The notes below the pieces were generated by a model. It had not been told where the DNA came from. It saw only the letters and a list, made by a program, of their open reading frames with translations, and made no database searches. From assembly GCA_041288045.1 (NCBI GenBank), contig JBGGMM010000240.1:1-10021 (forward strand): a DNA stretch of 10,021 nucleotides, given 5' to 3'. The position numbers were made by a program, and so were the translations under genes. The DNA comes from Pseudobdellovibrionaceae bacterium. Its GTDB lineage: Bacteria > Bdellovibrionota > Bdellovibrionia > Bdellovibrionales > Bdellovibrionaceae. Below are positions 5,987 to 10,021 of the stretch, piece after piece (the stretch's first letter is position 1; each line of letters starts with the position of its first letter).

Positions 5987-7302
5987 TGCTGCTTCCGGCA
6001 GAAGTGATTAAGAAAAAGCGAAATGGTGGCTCGCTAACAGAATTTGAAATTTCAGATTTTATTTTGCGATACACCAAAGGGGAAATTCCTGATTACCAAA
6101 TGTCGGCTCTTCTTATGGCTATTTATTTCAAAGGCATGAGCGAAGAGGAAACCCTGGCTCTGACGAAAACGATGCTTCACTCGGGTGTCACAGTTGATTT
6201 CGGTCGAGTGCCTGGATTTAAAGTCGACAAGCACAGCACTGGTGGGGTTGGCGATAAGACGAGCTTGATTTTAGGTCCTATTGTTGCGGCAGTTGGGGTC
6301 TCGGTTCCGATGATTTCCGGACGTGGCCTAGGTCACACTGGTGGAACTCTTGATAAATTGGAGAGCATTCCTGGATTTAACACTCAGTTTTCTCTGGAAG
6401 AATTTGTGGCTTCGATCGAGAAGCATCGAATTTGTTTTATTGGGCAAACGAAAGAAATTTGTCCTGCTGATAAAAAAATCTATGCTCTTCGCGATGTCAC
6501 TGCCACTGTCGAAAGTCTTCCATTGATCTGTGCTAGCATCATGTCGAAAAAGCTGGCTGAGGGCGTTGATGGATTGGTTTTGGATGTGAAATTTGGATCT
6601 GGGGCTTTTTTGAAAGACCCTGCTGATTCTGAAGAGCTGGCGCGAAGACTGATGGCGATTGCTCAAGGTTATGGGAAAAGAGTTTCAGCTTTGATTACAA
6701 ATATGGATCAGCCTCTGGGCCGGTATTCAGGGAACTCTTTGGAAGTTGAAGAGTGCGTGGCAATTCTGAAAAATGAAACTCATGTGGGTCCTAATGGGAA
6801 AGATCTTTACCAGGACACTCGCGAGCTGTCTTTGCAGCTTTCAGCGCAAATGCTTTGGATGGCTGGCGCTGCCAAATCCATTGATGACGCTTACAATTTG
6901 GCACAAGTTTCCTTGGGTTCCGGCCGGGCTTATGAAAAATTTCTCGAGCTCTGCCAAATTCACTCTGGAAAATTAAATGAACTTCCGAAACCGAAACAGC
7001 ATCATGAGGTTTTTGCGGCTGAAAGTGGTTACTTGCAAAGCATGGATACGGAAGCCATTGGTGTTGCTGGGATTCAAATTCGCGCTGGACGAACCAAAAC
7101 ATCGGATGTGATTGAGCCTACTGCTGGAATTGAATTTCATTTTAAAGTTGGGGACAAAGTGGAAAAGGGACAATCCCTTTTTACTTTGCATGGAGCTGAT
7201 CTGTCACTTTTGCAAAGTGTGGAAAAGCAGCTTCGGTCTTCAGTTCAAATTGGCGAGGCCAAGAAAAATTCTCAGCCTCTGATTTTAAAAGTTCTCAATT
7301 AA
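5986..7302 (+). CDS. deoA: Thymidine phosphorylase (pyrimidine-nucleoside phosphorylase family)
   Basis: DKHSTGGVGDK, PMISGRGLGHTGGTLDKLE, PADKKIYALRDVTATV, SIMSKK and LDVKFGSGAF. PMISGRG (Met) resembles thymidine phosphorylases rather than the AKMSGRG of Bacillus Pdp. TGATG overlap with the deoC stop. Confidence 0.93.
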   Translation: MLLPAEVIKKKRNGGSLTEFEISDFILRYTKGEIPDYQMSALLMAIYFKGMSEEETLALTKTMLHSGVTVDFGRVPGFKVDKHSTGGVGDKTSLILGPIVAAVGVSVPMISGRGLGHTGGTLDKLESIPGFNTQFSLEEFVASIEKHRICFIGQTKEICPADKKIYALRDVTATVESLPLICASIMSKKLAEGVDGLVLDVKFGSGAFLKDPADSEELARRLMAIAQGYGKRVSALITNMDQPLGRYSGNSLEVEECVAILKNETHVGPNGKDLYQDTRELSLQLSAQMLWMAGAAKSIDDAYNLAQVSLGSGRAYEKFLELCQIHSGKLNELPKPKQHHEVFAAESGYLQSMDTEAIGVAGIQIRAGRTKTSDVIEPTAGIEFHFKVGDKVEKGQSLFTLHGADLSLLQSVEKQLRSSVQIGEAKKNSQPLILKVLN

Positions 7303-7754
7303 TAACCGCAGTAATTGCCCGGAACGGGTCGGCCGTCATTCAAGACGTGACCGTAGGGCGTGAATTGAAAGCAGTAAGTTCTGCCATCATTGGCAATTGC
7401 CCAGCGATAGTATGAGGGTCGGACCCTTTCGCAGTTGTAATTGCCCATGGGGCGACCTTGCCACATCACGTGTCCATAGGGTGTGAATTGATAGCAGTAA
7501 CCAAAGCCGTTTTGCCCTTGGCTCCAATCAAAGTGCGAGGGGCGGTTGTATTCGCAGTAATTTTCTGGCACGGGTCTGCCGTTATTGAGGACTTGTCCAT
7601 GACTGTTGAATTGATAGCAGTAGCCAAAGCCATCGACGGCTTGAGCCCAATCATAGTAGGATCCGGGATAGGCTGGTGGTGGCGGGGTTGGTTCTGCCAT
7701 TGCAAGAAATCCAAAGCCTAGGACACTGAGTCCCAAAAGAATTTTCTGAATCAT
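7299..7754 (-). CDS. Secreted protein with three 41-aa Cys/aromatic-rich tandem repeats
   Basis: Strong SD (AAGGAGG-aatcacc-ATG), signal peptide ending LAMA, Pro-rich linker, then three clear repeats. Confidence 0.9.
   Translation of the reverse strand: MIQKILLGLSVLGFGFLAMAEPTPPPPAYPGSYYDWAQAVDGFGYCYQFNSHGQVLNNGRPVPENYCEYNRPSHFDWSQGQNGFGYCYQFTPYGHVMWQGRPMGNYNCERVRPSYYRWAIANDGRTYCFQFTPYGHVLNDGRPVPGNYCGY
7302..7667 (-). repeat. Degenerate 123-bp x3 coding tandem repeat
   Basis: GAATTGA(A/T)AGCAGTA occurs at 7362, 7485 and 7608 on the plus strand, exactly 123 nt apart. Protein units are aa 30-70, 71-111 and 112-151. Confidence 0.93.
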
Positions 7755-7866
7755 GGTGATTCCTCCTTGTTGAGACCAAGCATTTTCAAGGAAAGCTCGA
7801 GATACAACAAAAATCGTGACACTTTGGCTGCGGTGCTGTGAAAATTTAAGACCGAGGAGAATTGAA

Positions 7867-8700
7867 GTGGCAGAATCCAGTCTTCACAATCGCTTGCATG
7901 AGACCGTCAGCTTTTTAAAAGCCAAAACAGGACTGAAGCCCCAAGTCGGAATCGTTTTGGGTTCAGGTCTTGGAGCTTTTGCTCGAGACATTCAGGTGGA
8001 AGCCACTGTTCCCTTTCATGAAATTCCAAACTTTGTCTCCCCTTCCGTCGAAGGCCACCAAGGCAATTTGATTTTCGGAAAAATCGGCGACAAGCAAATC
8101 GTCGCTCTGCAGGGTCGTCTTCACTATTACGAAGGCCACAGTCTGGACATGGTGGTTTTTCCAACCCGAGTAATGGCGCTTCTTGGCATTCCCGTCATGA
8201 TTCTGACCAATTCTGCTGGTGGCCTAGGTGAGCAAATGAAATCCGGCGATTTCATGATCATCGAAGATCACATCAACCTCACTGGCGCAAACCCTTTGAT
8301 GGGCCCGAACATGAAAGAGCTGGGCCCGAGATTCCCAGACATGACCGAAGCCTACGACAGAAAACTAATCGCCCAGCTTGAAGCTGTTTTCCAAAAAAAG
8401 AAAATCAGATACCACAAAGGCATCTACGCCGGAGTCAGCGGTCCGACATATGAAACTCCGGCAGAAGTGAGATTCTTGAAGACAATCGGCTGCTCCGCTG
8501 TCGGCATGAGCACAGTGCCTGAATCAATTGCTGCGAATCACCTTGGTCTGCGAGTGGCAGCTCTGTCCTGCATCACCAATCTGGCAGCGGGCCTTTCGGC
8601 CACGAAGCTGACTCACGAAGAAGTGACTGAGACTGCGAAGAGAGTGGAGAAGGATTTCGCTTCTGTGTTGAAGGATTTTATTGCTGGGCTGCCGGCTTAA
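7867..8700 (+). CDS. punA: Purine-nucleoside phosphorylase, trimeric (PunA/XapA-like) class
   Basis: IVLGSGLG, VEGHQG, QGRLHYYEG, LTNSAGG, GPTYETPAE, AVGMSTVPE and ITNLAAG; the Asn in this last motif is associated with 6-oxopurine preference. Start moved to GTG 7867, which has GAGGAG 7 nt upstream (277 aa). Confidence 0.95.
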   Translation: MAESSLHNRLHETVSFLKAKTGLKPQVGIVLGSGLGAFARDIQVEATVPFHEIPNFVSPSVEGHQGNLIFGKIGDKQIVALQGRLHYYEGHSLDMVVFPTRVMALLGIPVMILTNSAGGLGEQMKSGDFMIIEDHINLTGANPLMGPNMKELGPRFPDMTEAYDRKLIAQLEAVFQKKKIRYHKGIYAGVSGPTYETPAEVRFLKTIGCSAVGMSTVPESIAANHLGLRVAALSCITNLAAGLSATKLTHEEVTETAKRVEKDFASVLKDFIAGLPA

Positions 8701-8733
8701 ATCGCGACTTTTTGATCAGTAAACAACGCCTTA

Positions 8734-8748
8734 AAAATCAGTGATTTT
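8734..8748. promoter_or_regulatory. 15-bp palindrome, possible operator
   Basis: AAAATCA-G-TGATTTT, 46 nt upstream of the ATG at 8795. AT-rich, so it could be chance. Confidence 0.35.
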
Positions 8749-8794
8749 GTTTTTAGATTCGTGAATAAACCATTGGCTTTGTGAGGAGTGCAAT

Positions 8795-9223
8795 ATGAAG
8801 ATGTCAATTTTATTGATCGGAATAATTTTCAACAGTGTTACTTTTGGATGTCCAGAGATTCAAGGAATTTATAGTGCCGAAGGCGCAACGACTATATTTG
8901 AAACTTCCAATCAAGATGGTATTTTCACCTATATAATTTCTGGAGATCTATTTGTAGCTGATGCAAAATCACACCAAAAAACGGCAGAAGGCATGGTAAT
9001 GAATTACTCTGCAAACTGTCATGGTAATAAATTATTTTTCAATTCCACAATATTTCAAAAAGACAAACAAAGAGTTCAAGTCGGAAGTGGTGTTTTCTCG
9101 AAGATTGATAACGAAACTGTTCATTACGATTACACCGTCACATTGTACTCATCTACTGGCGATATCATTAATGCTCTACCGGACGTTCATATAGTTTTTA
9201 AACTTCAATCGCCGCCAAAGTGA
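8795..9223 (+). CDS. Hypothetical exported beta-rich protein
   Basis: SD GAGGAG at 8783-8788, hydrophobic N-terminus (MKMSILLIGIIFNSVTFG) followed by CPEIQGIY, a second Cys in NCHGNKL, and alternating beta-strand patterns. Confidence 0.8.
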   Translation: MKMSILLIGIIFNSVTFGCPEIQGIYSAEGATTIFETSNQDGIFTYIISGDLFVADAKSHQKTAEGMVMNYSANCHGNKLFFNSTIFQKDKQRVQVGSGVFSKIDNETVHYDYTVTLYSSTGDIINALPDVHIVFKLQSPPK

Positions 9224-9316
9224 TTCGAAACACGAGATTCGTACCCACCCCAAAAGCAATCCTTCAAATCATCCTCAAAATCCTGCGCGTTTCCAAGAAA
9301 CAGGACCTTGTACCCT

Positions 9317-10021
9317 CTATTCCGCTGTTGATGGCGTGATGTTGAGGGTGATGTTATTAGATTTGGTCTTTCCATCTCCGGAGGTTAACCACAATTGATA
9401 TTTTCCTATTGGAATCGGAGAACCAATTCCAATGGCATGACTTGCCTTATTGACGCCTTTCGGTCCGAGCTTCAAAAAATTCTCAGGAAAGAACCATTCG
9501 GGTTTGCATGGATTCATGGGGCCTGTGCAGTTTCCCACAAGCTCTTGGTTGGGTGTTCCCCCTTCAACAAGGTAAATCACGCCAAGTCCTATTTCCATAT
9601 TCGCTTCAAGCTCTTCATCAACCAAAAGCTGCAAGCCGGAGCCGATTGTTGCTGACGGAAAAGGTCTGGCTTTTTCAATCTTGGGTTTCAGCTCGAGAGT
9701 CACACGATTGGATTGGATTTGACCATTTTCGCTGGTCACCCAAAGCGTATACCTTGTGAGCGGAATGTCCCAATTGGGCGCCAAAATATTTGGCCAAATA
9801 ATTCGGCCTTTAGCATTTGTTGCTTTGCCATTGAAAGAAAAAAAGAACCAATCTGTACAGCGCGAAGGGCCCTCGCAATAACCCTTTAATTTCATATTCG
9901 GCGGAAATCCTGAAAATTCAAATCTGTATTTGTCTCCTAAATGCAGGCTCTCATTTATTTTTCCATTAATTTGGAAGGAGACAGAAGATCGTGGCTGTTG
10001 TTGGCTTGACGGCACCATTAA
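9317..10021 (-). CDS. Hypothetical protein with two tandem ~100-aa Ig-like repeats, probably 5' truncated
   Basis: Frame stays open past ATG 10018 to the window edge (the preceding codon is TTA). Internal duplication of aa 13-112 and 129-229 supports a real gene. Confidence 0.82.
   Translation of the reverse strand, partial: LMVPSSQQQPRSSVSFQINGKINESLHLGDKYRFEFSGFPPNMKLKGYCEGPSRCTDWFFFSFNGKATNAKGRIIWPNILAPNWDIPLTRYTLWVTSENGQIQSNRVTLELKPKIEKARPFPSATIGSGLQLLVDEELEANMEIGLGVIYLVEGGTPNQELVGNCTGPMNPCKPEWFFPENFLKLGPKGVNKASHAIGIGSPIPIGKYQLWLTSGDGKTKSNNITLNITPSTAE

Noticed and set aside
5074..7191. Secondary ORFs overlapping acyP, deoC and deoA
   Set aside because: Shadow or alternative-frame ORFs with no motifs.
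7302..7667. The 123-bp periodicity as a CRISPR array or non-coding repeat
   Set aside because: The period is a multiple of three, conservation follows the protein, there is no identical repeat with unique spacers, and no cas genes are present.
7816..7866. Longer punA start at 7816
   Set aside because: No SD there; GTG 7867 has GAGGAG at good spacing and gives a typical length.
8795..8851. Lipoprotein call from the TFGC motif
   Set aside because: T-F-G-C fits the [LVI][ASTVI][GAS]C lipobox poorly; SPase I cleavage with a disulfide Cys is at least as likely. Left unresolved.
8701..10021. Mobile element, prophage or toxin-immunity pair at the right end
   Set aside because: No transposase, integrase, terminal repeats, phage genes or recognisable toxin domain; the two genes are convergent, not co-transcribed. 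ORFs 9395..9655 and 9508..9759 are antisense shadows.

Overview
A 10-kb bacterial chromosomal window, probably from a Bdellovibrio-like organism (inferred from gene content and protein style, not proven). The left part is housekeeping on the minus strand: RNase G (rng), rplU, rpmA, then obgE running off the left edge (obgE is missing from the ORF track). A lone pilT is transcribed divergently and converges on an acylphosphatase plus a small exported protein. Next is a nucleoside-salvage cluster, deoC-deoA ... punA, interrupted by an antisense gene for a secreted protein made of three 41-aa two-Cys repeats; no deoB is present. The right end holds two AT-richer hypothetical genes, one with two tandem ~100-aa Ig-like repeats. 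I saw no tRNA, rRNA, CRISPR array, transposase or integrase. I cannot show a complete new multi-gene system. The best leads are the 3x41-aa repeat protein, a sigma28-type promoter that would give a leaderless pilT mRNA, a 116-aa protein ending in a beta-signal-like strand, an L21 with a histone-like tail, and the tandem Ig-like protein.
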